The notes below the pieces were generated by a model, which was given only the letters and a program-made list of their open reading frames with translations, was not told the origin of the DNA and searched no databases. Positions 38,145-49,057 of a DNA stretch of 64,000 nt are shown piece by piece. The stretch's first letter is position 1. Every line of letters begins with the position of its first letter. Origin of the DNA: Patescibacteria group bacterium (GTDB lineage Bacteria > Patescibacteriota > Minisyncoccia > Portnoybacterales > UBA2143); contig JAHJSM010000003.1 of the NCBI GenBank assembly GCA_018830295.1, forward strand, positions 2,512 to 66,511. The letters are read 5' to 3'. The translations under genes and the position numbers were made by a program.

Positions 38145-39155
38145 TTAACTCGCGTTTTTCATTATCTCTTTCACAATCTCCGCCACAAGGCGGGGATTTT
38201 CTTTTAGGTATTTTTTTGACGCTTCTACGCCCTGCCCCAATTTCGTTTCTCCGTAAGAAAACCAAGCGCCTGCTCTTTTAATCACGCCGAACTTAACGCC
38301 CGTATTAACAATGTCCCCGAGACGGGAAATTCCTTCATTGTAAAAAATATCAAACTCCGCCTGCCTAAAAGGAGGAGCAACTTTGTTTTTAACTACTTTA
38401 ACTTTCGTCCTATTGCCGATAATTTGCTCGCCCTGCTGAATTTTCGCCGAGCGACGAAGTTCTAAGCGAACCGAGGAATAAAACTTCAATGCCTTTCCGC
38501 CGGGCGTTTCTTCGGGGTTTCCGAAAACAATCCCTATTTTCATTCTAATTTGATTAATAAAAATAACAGTCGTTCCGCTTTTATGAACAATAGCGGTCAA
38601 TTTTCTTAACGCCTGCGACATAAGCCGCGCCTGTAAACCCATGTGCGACTGCCCCATTTCACCTTCAATTTCAGCTCTGGGCGTCAAAGCGGCAACCGAG
38701 TCAATTACAACTAAATCAACCGCCCCCGACCTGACTAAACTCTCCAAAATCTCCAATGCTTGCTCGCCTGTATCTGGCTGGGAAATAAACAAATCATTAA
38801 CTTTTACGCCAATTTTTTTGGCGTATTCCGGATCCAGAGCGTGTTCCGCGTCTATAAAGGCCGCCAAACCGCCTTTTTTTTGCGCCTCGGCAACAATATG
38901 AAGCGCCAGGGTGCTTTTGCCGCTTGACTCCATCCCAAAAATTTCAATAATTCTCCCGCGCGGCATTCCGCCAACCCCCAAAGCCAAATCCAGAGCGATT
39001 GAGCCCGTCGGGATAGCGTCAACATCAACATGCTTCGCGTCGCCCAATTTCATAATCGCGCCATCGCCAAAACGCCCCCTGATTTCATCAACCGTCGCGT
39101 CCAATATCTTTATTTTCTCCTCCCTCACCTCCACCGCTGTTTTTTGTTTAGACAT
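38145..39155 (-). CDS. recA: Recombinase RecA
   Basis: [41 protein letters not shown]. Confidence 0.98.
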   Translation of the reverse strand: MSKQKTAVEVREEKIKILDATVDEIRGRFGDGAIMKLGDAKHVDVDAIPTGSIALDLALGVGGMPRGRIIEIFGMESSGKSTLALHIVAEAQKKGGLAAFIDAEHALDPEYAKKIGVKVNDLFISQPDTGEQALEILESLVRSGAVDLVVIDSVAALTPRAEIEGEMGQSHMGLQARLMSQALRKLTAIVHKSGTTVIFINQIRMKIGIVFGNPEETPGGKALKFYSSVRLELRRSAKIQQGEQIIGNRTKVKVVKNKVAPPFRQAEFDIFYNEGISRLGDIVNTGVKFGVIKRAGAWFSYGETKLGQGVEASKKYLKENPRLVAEIVKEIMKNAS

Positions 39156-39159
39156 AAAA

Positions 39160-39262
39160 ATTTTTAATTTCCAATTTTTAAAACTCTCAAATTTTTCTTA
39201 ATCTTGTTCTTGTTTTTCTTATTTTTCTTATTTGGAAATTGATAATTGAGAATTGAAAATTA
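39160..39262. repeat. Inverted degenerate heptamer repeats (TTTTYAA / TTGARAA) with no enclosed gene
   Basis: TTTTTAATTTCCAATTTTTAA ... TTGGAAATTGATAATTGAGAATTGAAAAT. Confidence 0.6.
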
Positions 39263-41401
39263 TATCTCTTCTTCTCCCTTATCCTCAAAAACATCTCTCG
39301 CCTTCGCTCCATCGGATGGGCCGACTACGCCTCTATCTTCTAAAATATCAATCAGACGAGCGGCGCGGGCGTATCCAACCCTTAAACGCCTTTGGAGTAA
39401 GGACGCAGACGCTTTTCCGGCGCGGATAACTTCCGCTTTCGCTTCTTCGTAAAGCTCGTCGTCCGCTTCCGAACCGTCGGCGCTAAACGAAGTTCTTCTT
39501 GACTCTGTTCCGGAAGAATCCAACTCATCCTTATACTCCGGCTCGCAACCCTTTCTTAAATAATCCGTCACTTTTTTAATCTCTTTTTCTGAAACATATC
39601 CGCCCTGAACCCGAATCGGCTTAGCAGAATTTCCTGCCAAGAAAAGCATATCGCCGTTGCCTAATAATTTTTCTGCCCCGCCCATATCCAAAATCGTCCG
39701 CGAATCAATCTGTGAAGCAACTTGAAAAGCCATTCTTGAAGTAATATTCGCTTTAATTAAACCCGTAATTACTTCAACCGAAGGCCTTTGGGTCGCGACA
39801 ATCAGGTGAATCCCGACCGCGCGCGCCATTTGAGCGATTCTCACAATCGCTCCTTCTGCCTCGCGTCCATAAGACGACATTAGGTCCGCCAACTCGTCAA
39901 TCACAATCACGATATATGGTAACCGCTCTCCGTCTATATCCTTATTATAACTTCCAATATCCCGTTTCCCTGCCCCTTGAAGAACGCCAAACCGTCTTTC
40001 CATTTCCCCAACCGCCCACCGTAAAGCGCCGACTGCCTTGTCTGGCTTAACAATTACCGGCGTTAATAAATGAGGAATGTTGCTATACGCCGTTAACTCA
40101 ACCCTTTTCGGGTCAATTAAAATAAGTTTCAAATTTTCAGGCAAAGCGCGATAAAGTAAACTCAAAATAACATTATTCAAAGCAATCGTTTTGCCCGTTC
40201 CTGTCGCGCCGGAAACCAAGAGATGAGGCATTTGCGACAAATCAGCAAAGACCGGCTTGCCCGCCACATCGCGTCCTAAAGCGAGAACCAATCCCGCAGT
40301 GGATTCTTGAAAAGCGGGCCTCTCCAAAAGCGTTCTTAATCGCACCAAAACCATTGATTTATTGGGAATTTCTATCCCAACCAAAGACCTTTTGGGAATG
40401 GGCGCCTCTATTCTTAAGGGATGCGCCGCCAAAGCCAAAGCCAAATCATTTTGCAAAGAAGTAATTTTAGCAAGTTTAACTCCTTGGGCTGGCCTCAAAG
40501 TATATTGTGTCACCGTCGGTCCAACATTTACTTCCGCCATTTCCACTTCAATCCCAAAATTCTCCAGCGTTCTTTTTATAATATTAATATTCGCTTTAAT
40601 ATCGCCGCTCGTCGGCTGGCCGACATCTTTTTCCAAAAACTCAAGAGGAGGCAATTGAAAACCGCTAAATTGCTTGTTCAAACCGTCCGAAATTGAAACC
40701 ATAGGAATAACAGTCGCTTTTGCTTTCGCCTTTACATCGGGAGCCGCCTCTTTTCCTACAATATGGTCACCTCCAATTTCTGGCTTATTGTCTGGCAAAT
40801 CAGATTTTCTTTTAAGCCGTTGCCAAACGCTGTTTTTTACCTCAACAGCTAAAGATTCCTCTTTCTCGTCCTCCGAAGATTTGGCGGAGGAGGATTTAAC
40901 CGCCCGCGCCGGTATTAGAGAAATATTAAAAGTAATTAAAATAGAAATCGCCAAAACAGCGAACAGGACAACCAGTCCCGCCCAAAATCCCAGAAATTTA
41001 GAAGAGGGATAACCCAAAACCAATCCCAAATATCCGCCTTCAGCGGTCAAAATATGAAAAAGACCTAAAACACTGAAAATAAAAAGGGCCATTCCCGATA
41101 GAATCGTCCGATAAACAGGGTTGCTTCGCCCGCCAAAACCAAAACCAGGAAGCAAAACCGCCAGCCCAGCGAGAACAAAACTAATAGAAACCAAGAAAAA
41201 TCCCTTGCCAAAAAGCATTACGCTCAATTTGAAAAAATATTCGCCAAATGTCCCGGCCACGCCCAAAAAACTTAACAAACTAACAGCGGCAAAAGTGAAA
41301 AAAATAATCACCAAAACCCCCTTCTTGGTTTCAGGGTGGAGGAAAGAAATCTTCTTTTTAACGCCACCCTTTTTAAGTTTTTTTTTGGTCTTTTTGGGCA
41401 T
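39260..41401 (-). CDS. ftsK: DNA translocase FtsK/SpoIIIE
   Basis: N-terminal TM domain, GATGTGKT, IDPKRVEL, IDELAD, ATQRPS, gamma domain LQRRLRVGYARAARLID. Confidence 0.96.
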   Translation of the reverse strand: MPKKTKKKLKKGGVKKKISFLHPETKKGVLVIIFFTFAAVSLLSFLGVAGTFGEYFFKLSVMLFGKGFFLVSISFVLAGLAVLLPGFGFGGRSNPVYRTILSGMALFIFSVLGLFHILTAEGGYLGLVLGYPSSKFLGFWAGLVVLFAVLAISILITFNISLIPARAVKSSSAKSSEDEKEESLAVEVKNSVWQRLKRKSDLPDNKPEIGGDHIVGKEAAPDVKAKAKATVIPMVSISDGLNKQFSGFQLPPLEFLEKDVGQPTSGDIKANINIIKRTLENFGIEVEMAEVNVGPTVTQYTLRPAQGVKLAKITSLQNDLALALAAHPLRIEAPIPKRSLVGIEIPNKSMVLVRLRTLLERPAFQESTAGLVLALGRDVAGKPVFADLSQMPHLLVSGATGTGKTIALNNVILSLLYRALPENLKLILIDPKRVELTAYSNIPHLLTPVIVKPDKAVGALRWAVGEMERRFGVLQGAGKRDIGSYNKDIDGERLPYIVIVIDELADLMSSYGREAEGAIVRIAQMARAVGIHLIVATQRPSVEVITGLIKANITSRMAFQVASQIDSRTILDMGGAEKLLGNGDMLFLAGNSAKPIRVQGGYVSEKEIKKVTDYLRKGCEPEYKDELDSSGTESRRTSFSADGSEADDELYEEAKAEVIRAGKASASLLQRRLRVGYARAARLIDILEDRGVVGPSDGAKARDVFEDKGEEEI

Positions 41402-41459
41402 AATTCTAAGATTCTAAGGGGGCTGCCCCCGCAACGGGGGCAGCCCCCGTCTTTCTTTG

Positions 41460-44400
41460 CTATTTCCCGTATCCTGTTCCTGCTGGTATTAGTTTACCAA
41501 TAATTACATTTTCCTTCAACCCCTTTAATTTATCCTCTTTTCCTTGGATGCTGGCGTTAATCAAAACCTGCGTCGTTTGAATAAACGAAGCTGCCGAAAG
41601 AAAACTTTCCGTCGTCAAAGAAACCTTGGTAATACCAAGCAAAATCTGCTCGCCAGACGCAAGTTCTCCGCCTTTTGCCGCGGCCTCATTATTCTCCGCC
41701 GTAAAACGACTTTGTTCAACAATCTCATCCCCTAAAAGAGTCGTTGAGCCGGGGTTTTTGACTTTGACGCGAGAAAACATCTGGCGAATAATCATCTCTA
41801 TGTGCTTATCGTTGATATTTGCTCCGACAAACGCGTAAATTTGTTGAACCTCTTTCAGAATATATCTCTGAACCGCTTCCCTTCCCGCCACTTTATACAA
41901 ATCAGCCAAGTCAACATGCCCCTCTCCTAATTGCTGTCCTTTTCCAACCAAGTCGCCTTTTTCAATTTGCATCGCGATATGCGACGGAAGAGTATATTCC
42001 AAAACCGCTTTTTTATTCTTGTCTTTCTTTTGTTTCCCGTCATCCAAAACCTCTATCTGAACAATTCTCTGTGTTCCATTTTCAATAATATTTTTCACCT
42101 TGCCGTCCACTTCTGAAATGACGGTCTTGCCTTTGGGAACGCGCGCTTCAAAAATTTCCTCAATCCGAGGAAGACCCTGCGTAATATCCTGCCCGCCCGC
42201 GACACCGCCCGTGTGGAAGGTCCGCAAAGTCAACTGGGTCGCCGGCTCGCCAATCGCCTGCGCCGTCACAATTCCAACCGCCTCGCCTAATTCAATTAAC
42301 GCGTTTCTACCCAAATCATATCCATAACAACTTTGACAAACTCCATCCAACGACTTGCAAGCGATGACAGACCTAACTCTGACGCTTTTAACGCCCGCTT
42401 CATCTATAATCTGAGCGGCTTTTTGACTAATGATCTCGCCTGCTTTCGCCAACAATTTTTTCTTGCCGCCTTTGCCCGCCTCCGCGTAAATATTATCTAA
42501 CGCGATTCTCCCGACAATCCGATAAGCGAACGAAACTCCCAAATCTTCTTCGTCCTCGCGATAAATTTTAATCCCGGTCGTATCTCCGCAATCCTTTTCG
42601 CGAATGACCACATCCTGACAGACATCAACCAAGCGACGCGTCAAATACCCTGCTTGCGCCGTGTTCAGAGCCGTGTCAGCCAATCCCTTTCTGCCTCCAT
42701 GAGTGGAAATGAAATATTCCAAAACGCTCAAGCCCTCTTTATACGAATTTTTAATCGGCAGTTCAATAATTTCATTAGACGGGTTGACAACCAACCCTTT
42801 CATTCCCATCATTTGAGATAACTGTTTTAAAGACCCGCGCGCGCCCGAATCAAAAATACTGAAAACTGGGCCGTTTGGGTCAAGGACCTCCATTGTTTTT
42901 TTGGATATTTTATCGCTCACGCCCAGCCAAATCTCAATTACGCGCGCTCTTCTTTCGTCATCCGTCAACAACCCGTCGTCATATTGCCCCTGAACTTTAA
43001 CCGACTCGCGCGAGGCCTTTTCTAATTCTTCTTTTTTCTCTTTAGGAACTTGTAAATCATCCATGCCCCAACTAATGCCAGAAACCGAAGCGTATTTAAA
43101 GCCCATTCTCTTAAGTTTGTCTAAGATAACCGCTGTTTTTTTAATACCAAATTTATCAACTATTTCCGAGACCAATTTGCGGATTTCTTTTTTATTCATC
43201 GTCTTGTTGACAAACTCCATTCCTTCTGGCAAGGGCTCGTTAAAAATTACTCGCCCAATAGATGTTTCCACTAATTCTCCGTTCTCTAAGCGAACTTTGA
43301 CCCTCGCTTTCAAATGGACATCGCCAAAATGCTTCGCTAAAAGCGCCTCCGAAATGCCCGAAAAAATCTTCCCTTCGCCAACTAGCCCCTCCTCAATTTT
43401 TGTCATCCAGTAGCAACCCAAAACCATATCCAAAGAAGGCACCGCGACCGGTTCGCCCGTAGATGGCTTTAAAATATTGACCGAAGAAAGCATAATCTCC
43501 TTCGCCTCTTTTTGCGCCGCCTTGCCTAAAGGTAAATGAACTGCCATTTGGTCGCCGTCAAAGTCGGCGTTAAAAGCGCTACAAACAAGAGGATGAACCT
43601 GAATTGCTTTTCCTTCAATTAAAATCGGCTGGAAGGCCTGTATTCCCAAACGATGCAAAGTCGGCGCTCTGTTCAAAAGCACATATCTATTCTTGGTCAC
43701 TTCTTCTAAAATATCCCAAACCTCGTCAATTTCTTCCTCAATCAGCCGTCCTGCGCCTCTCACATTATGCGCCAACTCTCTCTCAACTAATTTGTTAATT
43801 ACAAACGGCTTGAAAAGTTCCAAGGCCATATATTTAGGCAATCCGCACTGGTTCAATTTTAAATCAGGACCAACAACAATAACTGAACGGCCTGAATAGT
43901 CAACTCTTTTTCCTAAAAGGTTTTGTCTAAATCTGCCCTGTTTGCCTTTAAGCATATCCGCCAACGATTTCAAAACGCGTTTTTGCCCGGTAGACGCGGC
44001 AACCGTCACTTGTCCGCGACGGCTCGTGTTGTCAATCAAAGCGTCAACCGCTTCCTGCAACATTCTTTTCTCGTTGCGGCAAATAACCTCCGGCGCTTTC
44101 AACTCCAAAAGCCGCTTTAAGCGGTTATTTCTATTAATCACTCGGCGATACAAATCATTGACATCAGAAGTCGCGTAACGGCTTCCATCCAATTGAACCA
44201 TCGGACGCAAATCAGGCGGCAAGACCGGCAAGACCGTCCAGAACATCCATTCCGGGCGAATTTTAGCGCGAATCATTCCCTCAATCAGTCGCAACCGCTT
44301 GAGCATTTTTGCCTTAATCGCCACGCTCGCCGTTTTCGCCTGGTCATCCAGTTTTTTAGCAAGCGCTTCTAAATTAATTCCCTCAAAAATTGTCCTTAAT

Positions 44401-45050
44401 GTTTCCGAACCCGTCCCCGCTTCAAAAACCTGCCCATATTTCATACTCAAAGCGCGATAATCAATTTCCGAAAGAATTTGATGTTTATATAGCCCCCTCA
44501 CTTCCCGAATCGCTGCGTCCTGCTGCTCTTTAAGGTTTTGTTTCTCACCCGCTTTAGGACCAATCTCTTTTAACTTCGTCTTATACTCCTTTTTAATTTC
44601 GCTCATCACCTCTCCTCTTTCTTCTTCGTTGATTTTAGTAATAATATACCCGGCGAAATAAATCACTTTTTCCAATTCCTGCGCCGAACGATCCAAAACC
44701 AAGCCCATTTTAGAAGGCAGACCCTTCAAAAACCAGATATGCGAAACAGGCACCGCTAAATTAATATGCCCCATTCTTTCGCGGCGAACATTTGAGCGCG
44801 TCACTTCAACTCCACATTTATCGCAAACAATTCCTTTGTAGCGAACGCGGCGATATTTGCCGCAATAACACTCCCAGTCCTTTTCTGGTCCAAAAATTTT
44901 CTCGCAAAACAAACCGTCTTTTTCGGCTCTCTGCGTCCTGTAATTAATCGTCTCCGGCTTAGTCACTTCCCCCCGCGACCACCCCAAAATTTCCTCTGGG
45001 GAGGCCAACTTCAACCGAATAGATTTGAAATCGCTAACTAATGTGCTCAT
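41460..45050 (-). CDS. rpoC: RNA polymerase beta' subunit
   Basis: KPETINYRT, GRFRQNLLGKRVDYSGRSVI, NADFDGDQM. Confidence 0.99.
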   Translation of the reverse strand: MSTLVSDFKSIRLKLASPEEILGWSRGEVTKPETINYRTQRAEKDGLFCEKIFGPEKDWECYCGKYRRVRYKGIVCDKCGVEVTRSNVRRERMGHINLAVPVSHIWFLKGLPSKMGLVLDRSAQELEKVIYFAGYIITKINEEERGEVMSEIKKEYKTKLKEIGPKAGEKQNLKEQQDAAIREVRGLYKHQILSEIDYRALSMKYGQVFEAGTGSETLRTIFEGINLEALAKKLDDQAKTASVAIKAKMLKRLRLIEGMIRAKIRPEWMFWTVLPVLPPDLRPMVQLDGSRYATSDVNDLYRRVINRNNRLKRLLELKAPEVICRNEKRMLQEAVDALIDNTSRRGQVTVAASTGQKRVLKSLADMLKGKQGRFRQNLLGKRVDYSGRSVIVVGPDLKLNQCGLPKYMALELFKPFVINKLVERELAHNVRGAGRLIEEEIDEVWDILEEVTKNRYVLLNRAPTLHRLGIQAFQPILIEGKAIQVHPLVCSAFNADFDGDQMAVHLPLGKAAQKEAKEIMLSSVNILKPSTGEPVAVPSLDMVLGCYWMTKIEEGLVGEGKIFSGISEALLAKHFGDVHLKARVKVRLENGELVETSIGRVIFNEPLPEGMEFVNKTMNKKEIRKLVSEIVDKFGIKKTAVILDKLKRMGFKYASVSGISWGMDDLQVPKEKKEELEKASRESVKVQGQYDDGLLTDDERRARVIEIWLGVSDKISKKTMEVLDPNGPVFSIFDSGARGSLKQLSQMMGMKGLVVNPSNEIIELPIKNSYKEGLSVLEYFISTHGGRKGLADTALNTAQAGYLTRRLVDVCQDVVIREKDCGDTTGIKIYREDEEDLGVSFAYRIVGRIALDNIYAEAGKGGKKKLLAKAGEIISQKAAQIIDEAGVKSVRVRSVIACKSLDGVCQSCYGYDLGRNALIELGEAVGIVTAQAIGEPATQLTLRTFHTGGVAGGQDITQGLPRIEEIFEARVPKGKTVISEVDGKVKNIIENGTQRIVQIEVLDDGKQKKDKNKKAVLEYTLPSHIAMQIEKGDLVGKGQQLGEGHVDLADLYKVAGREAVQRYILKEVQQIYAFVGANINDKHIEMIIRQMFSRVKVKNPGSTTLLGDEIVEQSRFTAENNEAAAKGGELASGEQILLGITKVSLTTESFLSAASFIQTTQVLINASIQGKEDKLKGLKENVIIGKLIPAGTGYGK

Positions 45051-45056
45051 AAGATT

Positions 45057-45537
45057 TATAATTATCAATTTTCAATTATCAATTTTCAAAAAATTTCCAA
45101 TGCTTTAATTTTCAATTATCGGCTTTTTGGTTTTGTTTCATTGTTGAAGATATTTTATTAAATATCAAAGCAAATTCGTGAGCTTCCAACCATAATTTTC
45201 TAAGTTTATCTTTTTCTTCTGGATTTGATTGCGCCATTATTTCTATCCAATATTTGGTTTCTTGAATTTCTTTTCTGCAAATAAATATTTTGTTCTTAAA
45301 ATCTTTATTAGAACTGGCATTATTTGCTTCGCAATAATTAGCCCCAATACTTGTCGCTGATCTAATAAGTTGCGATATTAAATTTCTGTTTATTTCATCT
45401 TTTCTTATTTCTCTTAGCAGTATTATAATATTCTTGCTAAAATTCTTTGTTCTGTCTTCTAAATCATACTTCATGTTTTGAAAATTCAGTCATTGAAAAT
45501 TGTTTGAAAATTGAGAATTGAAAATTGAAAATTTTGA
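45057..45537. mobile_element. Heptamer-repeat-flanked four-helix-bundle cassette
   Basis: TTATCAA/TTTTCAA repeats at 45057-45120 and inverted TTGAAAA/TTGAGAA repeats at 45478-45537 bracket the gene. Confidence 0.6.
45112..45474 (-). CDS. Four-helix-bundle protein (TIGR02436 / 23S rRNA IVP-like family)
   Basis: QLIRSATSIGANYCEA...DFKNKIFICRKEIQETKYW. AT-rich, inserted between rpoB and rpoC. Confidence 0.9.
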   Translation of the reverse strand: MKYDLEDRTKNFSKNIIILLREIRKDEINRNLISQLIRSATSIGANYCEANNASSNKDFKNKIFICRKEIQETKYWIEIMAQSNPEEKDKLRKLWLEAHEFALIFNKISSTMKQNQKADN

Positions 45538-48500
45538 CTACTTCCCTGTCAGTTCCATCCCCAGTCCCAGCGCCTTTAACTCGCTTAACAAAACATTAAA
45601 GGAAGCCGGAATGTTCGGCGCTTGGATTTCTCTTCCGCGAATAATCGCGTCGTAAACATTCGTCCGCCCGCTCACATCGTCCGATTTAATCGTTAAAATT
45701 TCCTGCAAAGTGTGCGCCGCGCCGTATCCTTCCAACGCCCAAACCTCCATTTCCCCAAATCTCTGCCCGCCAAATTGCGCTTTTCCGCCCAAGGGCTGTT
45801 GAGTAATCAAGGAATAAGGCCCAACTGAACGCATGTGCATCTTGTCTTCAACCAAATGCAATAATTTCAAAATATATGTATATCCGACCGTAATCGGCTG
45901 TTCAAACGGCTCGCCATTTCGCCCATCGTATAAAATAACTTTTCCGCTTTCGGGCAAGCCAGCTTTCTTTAATTCGCTTTTAATTTCGCTTTCCTTAAAT
46001 CCAGCCAAAGCCGGAGTAATCGCTTGATACCCCAATTCCTTCGCCGCCCAACCAAGATGTGTTTCCAAAATTTGACCGATGTTCATCCGCGAAGCAACGC
46101 CCAAAGGATTAAGAATAATTTCCACCGGCGTTCCGTCCGCCAAATGAGGCATATCTTCTTCTGGAAGAATTTTAGAAATGACGCCCTTGTTTCCGTGCCG
46201 GCCAGCAAGTTTGTCGCCCACCGAAATTTTGCGCAATTGCGCCACTTCCACTTGGATGCTCCGAATTACTCCGCTCTGCAATTTGTCGCCATTATCGCGC
46301 GAGAAAATTTTAATTCCGACGACCCGGCCTCTTTTTCCATGCGGCATTCGCAAAGAAGTGTCTTTAACATCGCGCGCTTTCTCTCCAAAAATCGCCTGCA
46401 ATAATCTTTCTTCCGCCGTCAAATCGGTTTCTCCTTTGGGAGAAATTTTGCCAACTAAAATATCATTAGGTCCGACTTCCGCTCCAACGCGGACAATCCC
46501 CTCTTCGTCTAAATCCTTGAGTCGGTCTTCGCCCACATTAGGAATATCAGGCGTGGTCGTTTCTGGCCCTAATTTTGTTTCCCGGACGAAGCAGGTAAAA
46601 CTTTCAATATGAATTGAGGTAAATCGGTCGTCTTTGACTAATTTCTCAGAAAGAATAATCGCGTCTTCAAAATTGTACCCTCGCCATGACATAAAAGCGA
46701 CCAAAAGATTTTGCCCCAGAGCCAGCCGTCCCTGGTCGGTGGAGGCGCCATCCGCTAAAATATCATCTTTCTTAACCCTCTGTCCTTTTTGAACAAGTGG
46801 ATGCTGACAAACGCAAGTATATTGGTTTGTTCGCGTAAAAGAACGCAAATAATATGTTTTTAATTTTCCTTTTTTGGGTCTAACCGCGATATGCTCCGCG
46901 TCAACCTCTTCAATCGTTCCGTCCTCCTCGGCAATAATCAAACTACCCGAATCCCTCGCCGCTCGGTCTTCCATGCCCGTCCCAACCAAAGGCGCCTGCG
47001 GTTTAACGCAAGAAACCGCCTGTCTCTGCATATTTGAGCCCATCAAAGCGCGGTTGCTATCGTCGTGTTCCAAAAACGGAATCAAAGAAGTAGCAACACT
47101 AATTGGCTGCTGCCGCGAAACATCAATAAAATCAACCTTGGAGCGGTCAATGACGCTCGGCTGTCCCTTAACCCGCGCTTCCACGATTTTGTCAGCCAGC
47201 CGCCCGTCCGCCCCAATAGCAACCCCCTTATGCGCGATATTGTATTTCTCCTCTTCGGCGGCATTAAGACAAACAACCTCTTTTGTCGGTTTCCCTTTAA
47301 CTACTCTGCGATAAGGCGTTTCAAGAAAACCATATTCATTCAAACGCGCTGTCACAGTTAAATGCCCAATCAAACCAATGTTCGGACCTTCCGAAGTATG
47401 AATTGGACAAATTCTTCCGTAGTGACTTGAGTGCACATCTCTCACTTCAAACCCCGCTCTTTCCCTCGTCAAACCACCCGGACCCATCGCCGATAACCGT
47501 CGTTTATGCTCCAGTTCTGCCAAAGGATTGTGCTGGTCCATAAATTGCGACAATTGCGAAGAGGAAAAAAATTCTTTCACTGAAGCAATAAAAGGCCGAA
47601 CATTAATCAACTGCCCCGGCATCATTTCATAAGGGTCAAGCGTGGACATTCGGTCGCGGATAATTCTTTCTGTCCGCGCCATTCCGACTCGCAATTTATT
47701 CTGCAATAATTCCCCCATGGACTTGACGCGGCGATTGCCCAAATGGTCAATATCGTCCGGCGTCGCGCCTGGCGTATTATTTAAAACAATAATTTCCCGA
47801 ATAATATTCTTAATATCCTCCAAACAAAGCACCCTCTTTTTTTGGGGACAGTCCCCCGTCTTCGGGGGCTGCCCCCAATTCCCCACCCTCTGCCCTAACT
47901 TCCATCTTCCCACTTCTCCCAAATCGTATCTTTCAAAAGAAAGCATCGCTTCAATAAATCCACGCGCGTTATCTTCCGTTGCTAAATCGCCCGGACGAAT
48001 TCTTTTGTAAACCGAAACAAACGACTCGCCCGCCGTTTTAGCTGAGTCCTTTTCAATTGTCGCTTCAATGTAATCCGTTTCGCCATTGTTAATATCGGAG
48101 AAAAATCCCTTGATCTCATCGTTAGATAAATTGTCATTTCCTTCAAGCGCGGCAAAAACCCGCATTAAAGCGGTCACTGAAACTTTTCTCTTTCTATCAA
48201 TTTTTACGGCAATCGCGCCGTCCGAATCCGTTTCAAATTCCAACCAAGCGCCGCGGCTTGGAATAACTTTTGCTCCAAATCTTTGCTGGCCTCTTAAAAA
48301 TTGAGAAACAAAAAACGCCCCAGAAGATCTAATTAGTTGCGAAATCACGACCCTCTCCACGGCGTTCACGATAAATGTCCCGCGGTCAGTCATCACGGGA
48401 AAATCGCCAAAGAAAATTTCTTGCTCTTTGACTTCTTTTGTTTTTCTGTTAATCAACTTGACTCGACAATACAAAGACGCCTCGTAAGAAACATTGCGAG

Positions 48501-48777
48501 TTCTGGCTTCTCTTTCGTCATATTTCGGCTCATCCAGACGATAGTCGCCAAAAGAAAGTTCAAGTTCTTTGCCTCCCCAATCCTTAATCGGGGAAAACTC
48601 ATCTAAAAGTTCGCGCAGGCCTTTTTCCCAAAACCACCGATACGAATTTTTTTGTATCTCTACGAGGTTGGGCAATTCATACTCATTCCGCTGGGAAGCG
48701 GAAGCCGCGCTAAATCGCTTAGGGAGACAGCCAACACTTTGACCGTCCCAACATTGAGAATGGACTTTTTTAGACAT
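45538..48777 (-). CDS. rpoB: RNA polymerase beta subunit, with an in-frame palindromic insert
   Basis: [51 protein letters not shown]. Confidence 0.99.
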   Translation of the reverse strand: MSKKVHSQCWDGQSVGCLPKRFSAASASQRNEYELPNLVEIQKNSYRWFWEKGLRELLDEFSPIKDWGGKELELSFGDYRLDEPKYDEREARTRNVSYEASLYCRVKLINRKTKEVKEQEIFFGDFPVMTDRGTFIVNAVERVVISQLIRSSGAFFVSQFLRGQQRFGAKVIPSRGAWLEFETDSDGAIAVKIDRKRKVSVTALMRVFAALEGNDNLSNDEIKGFFSDINNGETDYIEATIEKDSAKTAGESFVSVYKRIRPGDLATEDNARGFIEAMLSFERYDLGEVGRWKLGQRVGNWGQPPKTGDCPQKKRVLCLEDIKNIIREIIVLNNTPGATPDDIDHLGNRRVKSMGELLQNKLRVGMARTERIIRDRMSTLDPYEMMPGQLINVRPFIASVKEFFSSSQLSQFMDQHNPLAELEHKRRLSAMGPGGLTRERAGFEVRDVHSSHYGRICPIHTSEGPNIGLIGHLTVTARLNEYGFLETPYRRVVKGKPTKEVVCLNAAEEEKYNIAHKGVAIGADGRLADKIVEARVKGQPSVIDRSKVDFIDVSRQQPISVATSLIPFLEHDDSNRALMGSNMQRQAVSCVKPQAPLVGTGMEDRAARDSGSLIIAEEDGTIEEVDAEHIAVRPKKGKLKTYYLRSFTRTNQYTCVCQHPLVQKGQRVKKDDILADGASTDQGRLALGQNLLVAFMSWRGYNFEDAIILSEKLVKDDRFTSIHIESFTCFVRETKLGPETTTPDIPNVGEDRLKDLDEEGIVRVGAEVGPNDILVGKISPKGETDLTAEERLLQAIFGEKARDVKDTSLRMPHGKRGRVVGIKIFSRDNGDKLQSGVIRSIQVEVAQLRKISVGDKLAGRHGNKGVISKILPEEDMPHLADGTPVEIILNPLGVASRMNIGQILETHLGWAAKELGYQAITPALAGFKESEIKSELKKAGLPESGKVILYDGRNGEPFEQPITVGYTYILKLLHLVEDKMHMRSVGPYSLITQQPLGGKAQFGGQRFGEMEVWALEGYGAAHTLQEILTIKSDDVSGRTNVYDAIIRGREIQAPNIPASFNVLLSELKALGLGMELTGK

Positions 48778-49057
48778 AAAATAAAAAATCTTACGCAAAA
48801 CAAAACCCTTCCTTCACGCTTCAGAAAGGTCGTTTAAAAAAATATTCAAAATTATTCCCGACAATCCCGCCAAAAAGACATAAAAAGTAGGCGGCTAAAT
48901 TAAATAAACCTAAACTACCCTCCAAGTATACATAACCAAAAAAATAAGTCAAGCCCTTCACCGGGGACCCGACGGGAGCAGCCCCCGCAACGAGGGCTGC
49001 CCCCTTTCCCTCTCTCGGGGACAGTCCCCCGTCTTCGGGGGCTGCCCCCATCTTAGT

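Noticed and set aside
45112-45474. Avd-like protein as a sign of a diversity-generating retroelement
   Set aside because: No reverse transcriptase in the window and no TR/VR pair with adenine-specific mismatches. The intein-arm repeat has too few differences and no RT context.
41544-48606. Numerous + strand ORFs opposite rpoC/rpoB and other housekeeping genes
   Set aside because: Shadow ORFs with no promoter, operon packing or family motifs, unlike the intein-nested ORFs.
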